Notes: generated by a model not told the origin, from the letters alone. A stretch of 64,000 nucleotides of DNA from Burkholderiales bacterium (GCA_038204335.1 JBBRDA010000001.1:12468-76467); one strand, 5' to 3'. Positions 47,769 to 61,723 are shown, counted from the first letter of the stretch. Numbers and translations: made by a program.

Positions 47769-48734
47769 CTAAGCAGTCGAACGCAATGAACTTATGCCAC
47801 TGCCACCCAGATTGGTGTCGCGAAAGCTGCGCTCTACCTGCTCGTCATACTTGGACAGGACTTTGAGCAACTCGACCTCGTTCAGGGGTTTGGTTAGATA
47901 GGCATCACAGCCCGCCAGACCTCCCCGAATTTTGTCTGCGCTGCCGCCGCGGCTGGTCAGCATGACAACCACAGGCGGCTTGGCAGATCCGTTTTTTTCC
48001 TGCTTGATGGCGCGGCAGATCTGGTAGCCATCGAGGCCTGCCATCGTCACCTCGAGAAAGACAAATTTATAGCGCCCGGTGGCAACCCGCACCAGGGCTT
48101 CCTCGCCGCTTTTGGCCAGGTCAGCGCGAAAACCATAGCGCGCCAGCCGGTTTTGCATGAACGTCAGCGCAGTGTCGCTGTCATCAACCACCAGAATGTC
48201 GTCATATTGCTGTGCAGAAGATATCGGCATGGGTGCATTGCCCAAACCGAGAAAATTGGATGCACCAAAGTCGCTATTGCCTTTGCCTCCCGAGCCCTGG
48301 CGGACTGAGCTTTTGCGTAACGACCCTTTGCTGCTAACTGCCGGTGAGGGGATGACCGGGTCAGGTGCTGTCATGACAGACGCTTCGGCTCTTGACAACG
48401 TAGACTGATCTGAAACCCGCCTGTCGGCCATTGTCAACAGGTCGAGCAGACCCAATACGGTGGTCAATTTAACTGGTTTGGGGGCTGCGGGCCATTTGCC
48501 GAGGGGGTCCGCAGCGCCAATGAACATGGCTTTTTGCGGCGGTGACACAGACTGATTGGCCCACTGCACGGCCGTGGGGTTGTCACTATTGACCACCAAC
48601 ACATGGGCTTGGGCGGCATCCGCGACGATTTTGTAAAGCGTATCCCTGCGCCCCATCAGCTTGAAAAAAGACTCAAATGTTGTCTTTTCAAAAGGCAGAA
48701 AGCCGAGCAGAAGTACTTTAACTTCAGATTTCAT
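47769..48734 (-). CDS. Atypical response regulator (C-terminal receiver with Glu at the phospho-acceptor position; degenerate N-terminal domain)
   Basis: ILVVDDSD, FVFLEVTMAGLDG (Glu where Asp is expected), VVMLTS, YLTKPL. Confidence 0.7.
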   Translation of the reverse strand: MKSEVKVLLLGFLPFEKTTFESFFKLMGRRDTLYKIVADAAQAHVLVVNSDNPTAVQWANQSVSPPQKAMFIGAADPLGKWPAAPKPVKLTTVLGLLDLLTMADRRVSDQSTLSRAEASVMTAPDPVIPSPAVSSKGSLRKSSVRQGSGGKGNSDFGASNFLGLGNAPMPISSAQQYDDILVVDDSDTALTFMQNRLARYGFRADLAKSGEEALVRVATGRYKFVFLEVTMAGLDGYQICRAIKQEKNGSAKPPVVVMLTSRGGSADKIRGGLAGCDAYLTKPLNEVELLKVLSKYDEQVERSFRDTNLGGSGISSLRSTA

Positions 48735-48942
48735 GATGGATATTCCGCGTCCAAACCAAATTTTGCGAATCAGTCAGGCAGCGTCGTTTTGCGACTGACT
48801 GCCGTCGGCCGATAGCCTGAGACAGTGGCATGAAGCCACAGCGTCGCGGCCTCGGGTAACTGTCGAGGTTACAACACGCACAAACCTCGTGCAATAGTCA
48901 TCACGGATTCGGTCAAGCGAAACGGAATAAATCGACCAAAGT

Positions 48943-48960
48943 GTGTGCGGCAAAGCACAC
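48943..48960 (-). terminator. Possible terminator hairpin downstream of atpC
   Basis: GTGTGC-N6-GCACAC stem-loop 10 nt after the atpC stop. Weak T-tract. Confidence 0.35.
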
Positions 48961-48969
48961 GTCAGTGAC

Positions 48970-49386
48970 TTATTTTTTCTGGCGGAATTTACGCAGTGCG
49001 GCGATTTGTGCAGCCATCACGGCAAGCTCTGACTGCGCCATGGCGATATCGATATCGCCTTTGGCATTTTTGAGCGCTTCTTCAGCGGCAGCTTTGGCCG
49101 AACTGGCTTTGGCTTCGTCGAGGTCTTTGCCGCGAATCGCGGTGTCGCTGAGGACCGTGACCGAGTTGGGCTGAACTTCAAGCAAACCGCCCGCGACGAA
49201 AACAAATTCTTCGGTATCGTCAGCTTTGACGATACGCACTGCACCCGGCTTGATACGGGTGATCAGCGGCGTATGGCGGGGGTAAATGCCCAATTCACCC
49301 GCCTCACCAGGCAAAGCCACAAACTTGGCTTCGCCGGAGAAGATGGACTCTTCTGCGGAAACAACGTCAATGTGAATGGTGCTCAT
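48970..49386 (-). CDS. atpC: F1 ATP synthase epsilon subunit
   Basis: 138 aa with [25 protein letters not shown]-terminus. Last gene of the atp operon. Confidence 0.95.
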   Translation of the reverse strand: MSTIHIDVVSAEESIFSGEAKFVALPGEAGELGIYPRHTPLITRIKPGAVRIVKADDTEEFVFVAGGLLEVQPNSVTVLSDTAIRGKDLDEAKASSAKAAAEEALKNAKGDIDIAMAQSELAVMAAQIAALRKFRQKK

Positions 49387-49398
49387 ATCAGCCGCCGA

Positions 49399-50811
<1,413 letters not shown>

Positions 50812-50861
50812 CTATTAGGTTCTTTAATCTTTAAATCTGTAGTCGGGTGAGGTCTATGCTT

Positions 50862-51728
50862 TTAGACCGCAGCAGCACCGCTGACGATTTCCGAAAGTTC
50901 TTTCGTGATCGCCGCTTGACGCGTTTTGTTGTACACCAGCTTGAGCTCGCCGATCACGCTGCCAGCGTTGTCGGTGGCCGCCTTCATGGCGACCATGCGG
51001 GCTGACTGCTCAGAAGCCATGTTTTCAGCCACGGCTTGGAACACCAGCGCTTCAACATAGCGCACCATCAAGTCGTCAATCACCGTTTGAGCATCAGGCT
51101 CATAAATGTAGTCCCAGCCGTGCTGGTCGTTGTCGGCCTGCAGGCGGTCAGCAGTCAATGGCAGCAATTGCTCAACCACGGATTCCTGGCGCATCGTGTT
51201 GATGAACTTGGTGTAGCAGAGATAAACGGTCTTGATCTTGCCTTCGGCATAAGCGTCGAGCAGCACTTTGACCGGGCCAATCAGCTTGTCGAGATGGGGT
51301 TTGTCACCCAACTGTGTTGCGTGCGAGACCACCTTGACACCGACACGGTTCAAAAAGCCCAAACCCTTGTTGCCGATAGCGACAGCCTGCGTGTCATGGC
51401 CCGCTGCCTGCAAGTCCTTGAGCTTAGAGGTGACAGCGCGCAACACGTTGGTGTTCAAGCCGCCGCACAGGCCCTTGTCGGTCGTGACCACGATAAAGCC
51501 GGTGGCTTTTGCGTCATTGTTCTGCATGAACGCATGCGTGTATTCCGGGTTGGCCTTGGACAGGTTTGCCGTGATGTTGCGGATTTTGTCGCTGTAAGGA
51601 CGGGCGGCGCGCATCCGTTCCTGAGCCTTGCGCATCTTGGAGGCGGCCACCATCTCCATGGCCTTGGTGATCTTTTTGGTGTTTTCCACCGACTTGATCT
51701 TGCCTCGAATTTCCTTGCCTGCAGCCAT
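50862..51728 (-). CDS. atpG: F1 ATP synthase gamma subunit
   Basis: 288 aa. [37 protein letters not shown]-terminus. Confidence 0.95.
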   Translation of the reverse strand: MAAGKEIRGKIKSVENTKKITKAMEMVAASKMRKAQERMRAARPYSDKIRNITANLSKANPEYTHAFMQNNDAKATGFIVVTTDKGLCGGLNTNVLRAVTSKLKDLQAAGHDTQAVAIGNKGLGFLNRVGVKVVSHATQLGDKPHLDKLIGPVKVLLDAYAEGKIKTVYLCYTKFINTMRQESVVEQLLPLTADRLQADNDQHGWDYIYEPDAQTVIDDLMVRYVEALVFQAVAENMASEQSARMVAMKAATDNAGSVIGELKLVYNKTRQAAITKELSEIVSGAAAV

Positions 51729-51756
51729 CGCTAGTCTCCGTTGATTTCAGGCGCGA

Positions 51757-53310
<1,554 letters not shown>

Positions 53311-53376
53311 GACTCTTTCCTTCTTTCTTTGGATTAATTCTTAAAACAGGACTGTGTTCTTTATCGCGAATACGAT

Positions 53377-53907
53377 TTAAGAAACCAGCGCTATCTTCAT
53401 TTGCTCTAAACGGGCTTTGACAGAGGTGTCCAGCACCTCGTCACCCACCACGACACGTACGCCGCCTATCAAGTCACTCTGAAGTTCAACGGTCAGGTTG
53501 AGCTTCTTGCCAAAACGCTTTTCGAGCGTGGCCGACAAATCAGCCAACGCAGCAGCATCCAGCGCAAAGGCGCTGTAAACCGTTGCGTCAGACGAACCGC
53601 TTTGTGCATTTTTCAATGCCCGAAACTGGTCTGCGATCTCTGGCAAAACACTCAAGCGGCCATTGTCAATCACGGCTCTGAGGAAGTTTTCAGCGGAAGC
53701 TGGCAACTTACTTTTGCAAACGCCGGAAATAACATCAAACGTCTGCTTGGATGTGACGCTGGGGTTGCCAGCGTACTGTTGCAACTGCGCATTCGACGCA
53801 ATCGCAGCCAGCTCGTCAAGCCAGGCAGCAGCACCAACCAGGTCGGCAGTGGATGCCTTGAACAGAGCTTCTGCGTAAGGGCGTGCAATGGTGGCTAATT
53901 CGGCCAT
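53377..53907 (-). CDS. atpH: F1 ATP synthase delta (OSCP) subunit
   Basis: 176 aa. [13 protein letters not shown]-terminus. Operon position. Confidence 0.9.
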   Translation of the reverse strand: MAELATIARPYAEALFKASTADLVGAAAWLDELAAIASNAQLQQYAGNPSVTSKQTFDVISGVCKSKLPASAENFLRAVIDNGRLSVLPEIADQFRALKNAQSGSSDATVYSAFALDAAALADLSATLEKRFGKKLNLTVELQSDLIGGVRVVVGDEVLDTSVKARLEQMKIALVS

Positions 53908-53941
53908 GTGTTTACTCTTGCTTTTGAAGTCAAAGTACGAA

Positions 53942-54412
53942 TCAAAGCTCGGTCTTCAAGCGGCCAAGCAAGTCAGCATGCACAGAAGCATTGACTTCCT
54001 TGCGCAAGATCTGCTCAGCACCCTTGACAGCCAGTGCGGCGACCTGCTCACGCAGCGTCTCACGGGCTTTGACGGTTTGCTGCTCAGCCTCAACTCTGGC
54101 AGCAGCAATGATCTTGCCGCCCTCCTCGGTTGCTTTGGCTTTGGCTTCTTCAATCATTGCGTGGGCACGGCGCTCGGCTTCAGCCAGACGCACCGCAGAC
54201 TCGCCTTTTGACTTGGCCAGCTCTTCTTCAACACGCTTGTTGGCGTTGGAGAGTTCAGCTTTGGCTTTGTCAGCAGCGGCCAGGCCTGCGGCGATTTTGC
54301 TTGCGCGTTCGTCCAGCGCGGCTGCGATGGGCGGCCACACGAACTTCATCGTGAACAGCACCAAGATCGCAAACACGATGAGCTGCGCAAAAAATGTGGA
54401 GTTGATACTCAC
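53942..54412 (-). CDS. atpF: Fo ATP synthase b subunit
   Basis: 156 aa. N-terminal TM helix, then a long Ala/Glu/Lys-rich coiled helix. Confidence 0.9.
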   Translation of the reverse strand: MSINSTFFAQLIVFAILVLFTMKFVWPPIAAALDERASKIAAGLAAADKAKAELSNANKRVEEELAKSKGESAVRLAEAERRAHAMIEEAKAKATEEGGKIIAAARVEAEQQTVKARETLREQVAALAVKGAEQILRKEVNASVHADLLGRLKTEL

Positions 54413-54470
54413 GGCAGCACCCTATCTATGTAGATGTGTAGTTGAAGTTCTAAAACTAAGAGCTTCAGCT

Positions 54471-54719
<249 letters not shown>

Positions 54720-54793
54720 TTAAAGCTCCTACAAATTAACAAAAAAACTAACCAAGAAAAAACCCAAAACTACCAATCGTCGAAATCAATCCA

Positions 54794-55645
54794 TCAATGG
54801 TGGTCGTGGGCTTGGCCCACATACACCAGAGTCAACATCATGAAAATAAAGGCCTGCAACGCCACAATCAATATGTGAAAAATCGCCCAGCCCGTACCTG
54901 CAAGAATGTGTCCAATAAAGAGGAAGACGCCAGTCGCTGAACCGAAACCAACCGCACCCATCAGCGCGATCAGCATGAACAGCAGCTCGCCCGCATACAT
55001 ATTGCCAAAGAGTCGCAGGCCGTGGGACACCGTCTTTGCCGCGAACTCAATCATTTGCATGGCAAAGTTGACGGGATAGAGAAACCACTTATCGCCAAAT
55101 GGGGCAGAAAACAACTCGTGAACCCAGCCGCCGAAGCCCTTGATCTTGATGTTGTAGAACAGGCAAACCAGAAGCACGCCGCAAGACATTCCCAGAGTGG
55201 CTGACAAGTCAGCCGTTGGAACCGGGCGGAAATATTCAATTTTGCTGTCAAGGCCAGTCACGGCCAATATGCTGTGGGCCAAGTCCACGGGCAAAAAGTC
55301 CATCGAGTTCATCAAGAAAATCCAGACGAACACGGTCAGGGCCAAAGGACCTACAAATTTACGTGACTCTGCGTTTTTGACGATGCCTTTTGCCTGGCTG
55401 TCTACCATTTCAAGCAGCATCTCAACTGCTGCTTGCATCCGTCCGGGCACGCCGGAATGAACAGTTTTGGCAACCCGCCACATGACAAACAAACCCAAAA
55501 TGCCCAGCGTGATCGACAAGAAAATCGTGTCGATGTTGATAACTGAAAAATCGATCAGCGATGTCTGCTTTTTATTTTGCAGATGCACCAAGTGGTGACC
55601 AATATAGTCACCGGCAGTCAAGGCTTTGTCAGAAGATGCACTCAT
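54794..55645 (-). CDS. atpB: Fo ATP synthase a subunit
   Basis: 283 aa. Conserved LRLFGNMYAGE motif. Confidence 0.95.
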   Translation of the reverse strand: MSASSDKALTAGDYIGHHLVHLQNKKQTSLIDFSVINIDTIFLSITLGILGLFVMWRVAKTVHSGVPGRMQAAVEMLLEMVDSQAKGIVKNAESRKFVGPLALTVFVWIFLMNSMDFLPVDLAHSILAVTGLDSKIEYFRPVPTADLSATLGMSCGVLLVCLFYNIKIKGFGGWVHELFSAPFGDKWFLYPVNFAMQMIEFAAKTVSHGLRLFGNMYAGELLFMLIALMGAVGFGSATGVFLFIGHILAGTGWAIFHILIVALQAFIFMMLTLVYVGQAHDHH

Positions 55646-55683
55646 CTCAAATCTCTTTATTCAGCTTGCGCTTAACTTTTCGA

Positions 55684-56190
55684 CTATTGCTTCGATTTGC
55701 GCTGCGCTTTGACCTTGAAACGAACATCAAGCCAAAGTACCAGCCAAACCACCTTCATTGTCACAATCAGCCCTACCAGCATGGCGGGCCAACTTAAACT
55801 TGGCACCAGCCTGGGAGCGGCAAATAACATGGCCAGTACCAAACCGATCTTGACCATTTCCCACAAAAAAAATCCAGTCACCGCAGCGGCCGGATTGATC
55901 GACGACACCTTACTCATCAAACCCCGCGCAAACAACGCGCCGGGTATGACGACAGCTGCGGCACCATAAAGCGCCGACCAGCCTACGTTAGCCAACCCTG
56001 TGACCAACCAAGCAATGACCGCTACCACCAGTCCGGCACCTGCCTGCCCTGCAAGCACCACCCAAGGCGAAAGCGTTGGATGTTGCTCACGAAGCGCTTG
56101 TGCCTCACTGCGGCTCAAGGGCTTGACGAGCTTGTCATCTTGCACCTGATCCAGATCATCGTAACCAGCAGAAGGGTTGATTTTGCGCAT
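55684..56190 (-). CDS. atpI: ATP synthase protein I
   Basis: 168 aa hydrophobic protein. First gene of the atp operon. Confidence 0.7.
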   Translation of the reverse strand: MRKINPSAGYDDLDQVQDDKLVKPLSRSEAQALREQHPTLSPWVVLAGQAGAGLVVAVIAWLVTGLANVGWSALYGAAAVVIPGALFARGLMSKVSSINPAAAVTGFFLWEMVKIGLVLAMLFAAPRLVPSLSWPAMLVGLIVTMKVVWLVLWLDVRFKVKAQRKSKQ

Positions 56191-56373
56191 CCCAAATTAC
56201 AAACTGGTTACAACAACTGCTAACCACTAATTTTCGTACAGCCTCTGATTATACGTAGAAACCCGGCCACGCCAAACAACGGAAATGTCCGACAAGTTTT
56301 AGGTGCATTCCCAGGTTTGGTGACAACAGCAAAGCGCGGCCACAATCATGCTTTTTAACTTCAGGCGCACCCC

Positions 56374-56844
56374 ATGTATGACTATGCAAAACTTCTTCAT
56401 CTGATAGCCGGCATTGTCTGGATGGGTGGCATGACTTTCATGCTGTTTGCCCTGAGGCCAGCAGCCATCGCCAGCCTGGAGGCGCAGCCTAGGGCCCTGT
56501 TGATGGGCCAGGTCTGGAAGCGGTTTTATATTTGGGTGCTCGTCGCCATCGTGGCGCTGTTTACGACCGGTACGCACCTTTACACCGCCACTTTTCGTGC
56601 AGCGAAAATGGCGACGGGCCAGGGCAGCGTTCCGTTGGGCTGGAACATCATGCTGGTGCTGGGCATCACCATGATGCTCATTTTTGGCCACATTTATTTT
56701 GCTGGCTTTAAAAAGTACAAGCGCGCCGTAGCCGCGGGCGAGTGGCCCCTCGCCGCCAAGGCTGCCGGGCTGATGCACACCATGACACTGATCAACTTCT
56801 CGCTGGGTTGGCTCGCCATTTTGGCAGTTCGGCTCGTTCGTTGA
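56374..56844 (+). CDS. CopD-like integral membrane protein (4 TM)
   Basis: 156 aa. LLHLIAGIVWMGGMTFMLFALRPA N-terminal motif. Confidence 0.5.
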   Translation: MYDYAKLLHLIAGIVWMGGMTFMLFALRPAAIASLEAQPRALLMGQVWKRFYIWVLVAIVALFTTGTHLYTATFRAAKMATGQGSVPLGWNIMLVLGITMMLIFGHIYFAGFKKYKRAVAAGEWPLAAKAAGLMHTMTLINFSLGWLAILAVRLVR

Positions 56845-56852
56845 AGTTAGAC

Positions 56853-58001
56853 ATGGCGTGTAGGTCAGTAAATTCGGGCGCAAGCAGCTATTTTTTATAT
56901 AGCAATTTATTCACTGCGACTGTCGTTGCGATGCTAGCGCTGCTTTCGGGTTGCGCCAGTGTCAACGCGCAGTACAGCCCCGCCAAACCGCATCACACGC
57001 CAGAGGGTTTCAAGAACAACTACACCGGCAACGTGAACAAATCACGGAGCGATTTTTTCCGCTGGCAGTACCAACGGCTTCTTGACGACTTGCCCAAACC
57101 GCCACAAACGCCCACGCCCACAGTGGTGCCGGATGTGGCGTTCGTTCAGGCAAACGCCAAAGCGCCCGCCATGCAGCCAGCCATCACTTGGGTCGGGCAC
57201 GCCACCATGCTGGTGCAAGCTGACGGGCTGAATGTGCTGACCGACCCGATATTTTCAGAACGCGCGTCACCCATACAGTCTGTAGGCCCCAAACGCGCCC
57301 ATCCACCGGGTTTGAGCATCGACCAATTGCCGCCCATTGACGTGGTGGTGATTTCCCACAACCACTACGATCATCTTGATAAAAATTCAGTTCTTGCGAT
57401 CGCCAACAAAGGGCCATCAGCAACGCTTTTCCTCGTGCCGTTAGGCGTCAAAGCGCTGTTTTTGGAGCTTGGCATCACCAACGTCAAAGAGCTGGACTGG
57501 TGGGACAGCGTCATTGTCAAAGGCGTTGAATTTAACTTCACACCGGTTCAGCACTGGTCTGCGCGTGGGCTGGGCGACCGCAGCCAAACCCTTTGGGGCG
57601 GCTGGGCTGTGTTGGGCTCCGCCATGCACTGGTACTTCAGCGGCGACACCGGTTACAGCCAGGATTTTTCTGACACTCAAAGGCGTTTTGCCGATCGCCA
57701 GTCCGCAGCCAAAGGCGGTGGTTTTGACTTGGCTCTGATTGCTGTGGGCGCGTATGAGCCGCGCTGGTTCATGAAGGATCAGCACGTCAACCCGGCAGAA
57801 TCCGTGCAGATTCATCAGGACTTGAAGGCCAAGCGCAGCGTCGGCGTGCATTGGGGCACCTTTGCGTTGACCGACGAGTCGTTGGACCAACCGCCCAAAG
57901 ATTTAGCGATTGCCTTGCGAGAGAAGGGGGTGACCCCAGATACGTTTACAGTCATGGCGATTGGTGAAACGCGTGTTTTGCCCAAGAGACCCGCGCCCTA
58001 A
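56853..58001 (+). CDS. MBL-fold metallo-hydrolase lipoprotein (NAPE-PLD-like)
   Basis: Lipobox LLSGCAS and the VISHNHYDHLD metallo-beta-lactamase motif. Start set at ATG 56853 (the longer track ORF overlaps the previous gene). Confidence 0.75.
   Translation: MACRSVNSGASSYFLYSNLFTATVVAMLALLSGCASVNAQYSPAKPHHTPEGFKNNYTGNVNKSRSDFFRWQYQRLLDDLPKPPQTPTPTVVPDVAFVQANAKAPAMQPAITWVGHATMLVQADGLNVLTDPIFSERASPIQSVGPKRAHPPGLSIDQLPPIDVVVISHNHYDHLDKNSVLAIANKGPSATLFLVPLGVKALFLELGITNVKELDWWDSVIVKGVEFNFTPVQHWSARGLGDRSQTLWGGWAVLGSAMHWYFSGDTGYSQDFSDTQRRFADRQSAAKGGGFDLALIAVGAYEPRWFMKDQHVNPAESVQIHQDLKAKRSVGVHWGTFALTDESLDQPPKDLAIALREKGVTPDTFTVMAIGETRVLPKRPAP
56866..56903 (-). repeat. Dispersed-repeat core inside the 5' end of the MBL-fold gene
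   Basis: CAGTAAATTCGGGCGCAAGCAGCTATTTTTTATATAGC, translated as VNSGASSYFLYS. Confidence 0.7.
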
Positions 58002-58009
58002 AGACCCCT

Positions 58010-58618
58010 ATGCCTCAAGACAAACCAAAAACCAGTTCCCAGCCGCCACCGCACTGGACCGACCGCTTGCGCACGTCAGTGCCTACGCGCAGCGCGTTGG
58101 CAGAGCACCCCTGGCTCAAGCCGATTGCCCACCATGTGCTGGACGCAAAGCTCTGGCGAATGCACCATGAGTCCGTGGCGCGGGGCGCAGCCATCGGCAT
58201 GTTTTGGGCTTTCGTCCTGCCGGCCGGGCAAATTTTGGCGGCTGCCGCCCACTGTGTCTGGTGGCGTGGCAACATCCCGGTAGCCGCCGGCATCACATTG
58301 ATTACCAACCCGTTCACCATCGGGTTTTGGCTCTGGCTGGCTTACAAGCTGGGCAGTTTGGTGCTAGACGCACCGCCGCCGTTACCGCTGAAACAACTTG
58401 GCGACGGCGGCGGCATTCTGGACTACCTCGGCGCCATTGGCGCACCTGCAATTCTTGGCATGGGCATTTTTGCCGTTGGCGGTGCGCTGGCATCGTATGC
58501 TTTGGTCAAAATCGTCTGGAGATTACAGTTTTGGCTGAAGCATAAAAACCGTTCCAACCGACATATCAAAGCTGGCCTAAAAACTGCCCGCTCCAAAACA
58601 CCTAAAAAACATGTCTGA
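58010..58618 (+). CDS. DUF2062-family membrane protein
   Basis: 202 aa. LWRMHHESVARGAAIGMFWAFVLPAGQILAAAA and TNPFTIGFWLWLAYKLG motifs. Confidence 0.65.
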   Translation: MPQDKPKTSSQPPPHWTDRLRTSVPTRSALAEHPWLKPIAHHVLDAKLWRMHHESVARGAAIGMFWAFVLPAGQILAAAAHCVWWRGNIPVAAGITLITNPFTIGFWLWLAYKLGSLVLDAPPPLPLKQLGDGGGILDYLGAIGAPAILGMGIFAVGGALASYALVKIVWRLQFWLKHKNRSNRHIKAGLKTARSKTPKKHV

Positions 58619-59552
58619 AACACTTCCCAACACTATCTGCTACTTAAATGGCGACTACACGCCATTAAAAGACGCCAAAATCAGCGTTCTTGACCGGGGC
58701 TTTATTTTCGGTGATGGTGTCTATGAGGTTTTGCCCGCCTACGCTGGCCAGCTTTTCAGGTTTGAGCAGCACATGGCCCGACTCGACCGAAGCTTGGCCG
58801 AATTGCGCATACCCAACCCGATGACGCATGAAGAATGGCTGCAGATCGCTACTGATTTGATAGCTCCTCACACCCGTGAAATGGGCGCTACAACCCAAAT
58901 TGATACCCAAAACAAGCTGCAAACTGCCTTGCCAAAAGCTTTTGACCAGATTATTTACATCCAGGTCAGCCGCGGCGTGGCCCCGCGCGACCACGTCATG
59001 CCGCCCGGGCTAAAACCGACGGTGTTTGTCATGATCAACCCGATGAAATTGCCTAGCCCACAGGCCAGAGCCCAAGGCGTGGCGTGCGTCACGGCTGACG
59101 ACTTCAGATGGGAGAAAGCGCATATTAAGAGCACTAGCTTGCTAGGCGCTGTGTTTTCACGACAGATAAGCGCAGATGAAGGCGCCCTAGAAACCGTTAT
59201 GTTCAGGGGCGACTATTTGAGCGAGGCTGCTTCGAGCAACGTTTGGGTGGTTCAGGCGGGCAAAGTGCTCGGGCCTTTGAAAGACAACCTGGTGCTGGAA
59301 GGTATTCGCTACGGGCTCTTTGAAGAGCTGTGCAGCGCCCAGGGTATCCCGTTTGAGCTGCGCCGCATCACCAAAGCCGAGGTACTTGGCGCAGACGAGC
59401 TGCTGTTGTCATCTGCCACCAAGGAGGTCTTGCCTATCACCCTGCTGGACGGCTTGAAGGTAGGCACGGGCGTCCCCGGCCCCGTCTACGCCAAACTGTA
59501 CGCCGCCTACCAGGCAGCCAAGCCGAAAGCACCCCAAGAGGCCGTTGCATGA
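58611..59552 (+). CDS. dat: Class IV aminotransferase (D-amino-acid aminotransferase-like)
   Basis: DRGFIFGDGVYEV and catalytic Lys context AHIKSTSLLG. 313 aa. Confidence 0.75.
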   Translation: MSETLPNTICYLNGDYTPLKDAKISVLDRGFIFGDGVYEVLPAYAGQLFRFEQHMARLDRSLAELRIPNPMTHEEWLQIATDLIAPHTREMGATTQIDTQNKLQTALPKAFDQIIYIQVSRGVAPRDHVMPPGLKPTVFVMINPMKLPSPQARAQGVACVTADDFRWEKAHIKSTSLLGAVFSRQISADEGALETVMFRGDYLSEAASSNVWVVQAGKVLGPLKDNLVLEGIRYGLFEELCSAQGIPFELRRITKAEVLGADELLLSSATKEVLPITLLDGLKVGTGVPGPVYAKLYAAYQAAKPKAPQEAVA

Positions 59553-59842
59553 CGCCTGCTCCAAAAATGCCGGAAATCCCCAAACAAGAATCTCTGATCG
59601 AGTACCCGTCCCAGTTTCCGATCAAGATCATGGGCCTGAAGGTTGACGGCCTGGTAGCCGCCATCACCCACGTCGCCCACCAGTTTGACCCGGCCTTTGA
59701 CGCCAGCACCATCGAGCTGCGCGAAAGCAGCGGCGGCAAGTACTTGGGCGTCACCGTGACGGTAACCGCCACCAGCCGTGAGCAGTTGGACGAGCTGTAC
59801 CGCACTCTGAGCACGCATCCGATGGTGAAAGTGGTTTTATAA
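59549..59842 (+). CDS. ybeD: YbeD/DUF493-family protein
   Basis: 97 aa. [13 protein letters not shown] motif. Conserved position before lipB. Confidence 0.8.
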   Translation: MTPAPKMPEIPKQESLIEYPSQFPIKIMGLKVDGLVAAITHVAHQFDPAFDASTIELRESSGGKYLGVTVTVTATSREQLDELYRTLSTHPMVKVVL

Positions 59843-59900
59843 AAATGAGGCCCCCACGCTCCGCCGTTACACGGGTCGCTGCCCCCCGAGAGGGCTGGCC

Positions 59901-60689
59901 TTGCTTGGGGCGGCCCGGCGCGGCGGCCGTCTTATCGTGTTAGTCCGCCACCTCGGCCAAGTCGAGTACTTGCCGACGTTTGAGGCGATGAAGCAGTTTA
60001 CGGCCGCCAGAACGCCAACAACAGCTCAAAATACCCCTCAAATCGGCCTTCAGCCCAATGAATACGGGCGTAACCAGCTATGGATATGTGAGCACCCAGC
60101 GGTGTATACCCAGGGACTGGCGGGCAAAGTTGAACACGTTTTAAACCCCGGCAGCATCCCGGTCGTGCAAACCGACCGAGGCGGGCAGGTCACTTACCAC
60201 GGGCCTGGGCAGGTGGTGGCTTATCCGCTGCTGGACTTGAAGGCAGCCGGTTACTACGTCAAAGAATATGTGTACCGGGTGGAAGAAGCCGTGATTCGCA
60301 CGTTGGCGCATTTTGGCGTCACGGGGCACCGGGTGCGCGGTGCGCCGGGCATCTATGTGTGGCTGGAGGACCCGTTCAGTCACGCAAGACTTGCGCAACG
60401 GGAGCCGGTAAAAATGGGGTCAGAGCCACTTCGCTTGGCTACGGGATCCGACCCCGTTTTTGCCGGCATGGGCAAAATCGCGGCCTTGGGCATCAAAGTC
60501 AGCCGTCACTGCACCTACCACGGCGTAGCGCTCAACGTCGCGATGGACTTGGAGCCCTTTTCGCGCATCAACCCTTGCGGCTATGCGGGTTTGCAAACCG
60601 TTGACCTTCGTACAATCGGTGTCTCAGTGGGCTGGCAAGAGGCCGCTGATGTTTTCAGTCAAAAGCTTGTCAGCTACCTTGCACCGTAA
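59901..60689 (+). CDS. lipB: Octanoyltransferase LipB (carrying two repeat-like insertions)
   Basis: [21 protein letters not shown] and [10 protein letters not shown] motifs. Start codon uncertain. Confidence 0.85.
   Translation: MLGAARRGGRLIVLVRHLGQVEYLPTFEAMKQFTAARTPTTAQNTPQIGLQPNEYGRNQLWICEHPAVYTQGLAGKVEHVLNPGSIPVVQTDRGGQVTYHGPGQVVAYPLLDLKAAGYYVKEYVYRVEEAVIRTLAHFGVTGHRVRGAPGIYVWLEDPFSHARLAQREPVKMGSEPLRLATGSDPVFAGMGKIAALGIKVSRHCTYHGVALNVAMDLEPFSRINPCGYAGLQTVDLRTIGVSVGWQEAADVFSQKLVSYLAP
60039..60080 (-). repeat. Dispersed-repeat copy inside lipB coding sequence
   Basis: CAAATCGGCCTTCAGCCCAATGAATACGGGCGTAACCAGCTA, translated in frame as [14 protein letters not shown]. Confidence 0.7.
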
Positions 60690-60715
60690 AGTCCACGTAC
60701 CATGAGCAGATCACT

Positions 60716-61723
60716 ATGAGCACGATTGAAGTCGTCCGGGAAGTTCAAAGCCAGCAAGACTACAACCCGCTGGCCAAGCAAAAGGCGGCGGCCAAGCTGT
60801 CGCGCATTCCCGTCAAGGTCGAGTCCGCGCCGCTGCTCAAAAAGCCCGACTGGATTCGCGTCAAGGCCGGTAGCCCGACCACCCGCTTTTACGAAATCAA
60901 GCAAATCCTGCGTGAGAACAAGCTCAACACGGTGTGCGAAGAAGCCAGCTGCCCCAACATCGGCGAGTGTTTTGGCAAAGGCACCGCGACTTTCATGATC
61001 ATGGGCGACAAGTGCACGCGGCGCTGCCCGTTTTGCGATGTCGGCCATGGCCGCCCTGACCCGCTGGATACTGACGAGCCCTTGAACTTGGCCAAGACGA
61101 TAGCGGCGCTCAAGCTCAAATACGTGGTGATCACCAGCGTCGACCGTGACGACTTGCGCGACGGCGGCAGCGGGCATTTTGTGGCGTGCATCCAAAAGAT
61201 CCGTGAACTGTCTCCCGCCACCACGATTGAAATTTTGGTGCCTGACTTTCGTGGCCGCGATGACCGCGCACTAGAGATTTTGAAGGCCGCGCCGCCGGAT
61301 GTGATGAACCACAATCTGGAAACCACGGCCCGCCTGTACAAAGAAGCTCGCCCCGGTAGCGACTATCAATTCAGTTTGAATTTGCTGAAAAAATTCAAGG
61401 CTCTGCACCCCAACGTGCCAACCAAGAGCGGCATCATGGTCGGTTTGGGCGAGACCGACGAAGAGATTTTGCAAGTCATGCGTGACATGCGCGAGCACAA
61501 CATCGACATGCTGACGATTGGCCAATACCTGGCACCGTCGATGTCGCATTTGCCGGTGCGCCGCTACGTGCACCCTGACACCTTCAAAATGTTTGAGGCC
61601 GAGGCCTACAAAATGGGCTTTACCCACGCGGCTGTAGGCGCGATGGTGCGCAGCAGCTACCACGCCGATGAACAGGCCCACGCCGCAGGCGTTGGGGTGA
61701 CGTCGACAGGCGACGCGCTCTGA
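60716..61723 (+). CDS. lipA: Lipoyl synthase LipA
   Basis: Radical-SAM CxxxCxxC (CTRRCPFC) plus N-terminal [12 protein letters not shown] cluster motif. Confidence 0.95.
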   Translation: MSTIEVVREVQSQQDYNPLAKQKAAAKLSRIPVKVESAPLLKKPDWIRVKAGSPTTRFYEIKQILRENKLNTVCEEASCPNIGECFGKGTATFMIMGDKCTRRCPFCDVGHGRPDPLDTDEPLNLAKTIAALKLKYVVITSVDRDDLRDGGSGHFVACIQKIRELSPATTIEILVPDFRGRDDRALEILKAAPPDVMNHNLETTARLYKEARPGSDYQFSLNLLKKFKALHPNVPTKSGIMVGLGETDEEILQVMRDMREHNIDMLTIGQYLAPSMSHLPVRRYVHPDTFKMFEAEAYKMGFTHAAVGAMVRSSYHADEQAHAAGVGVTSTGDAL

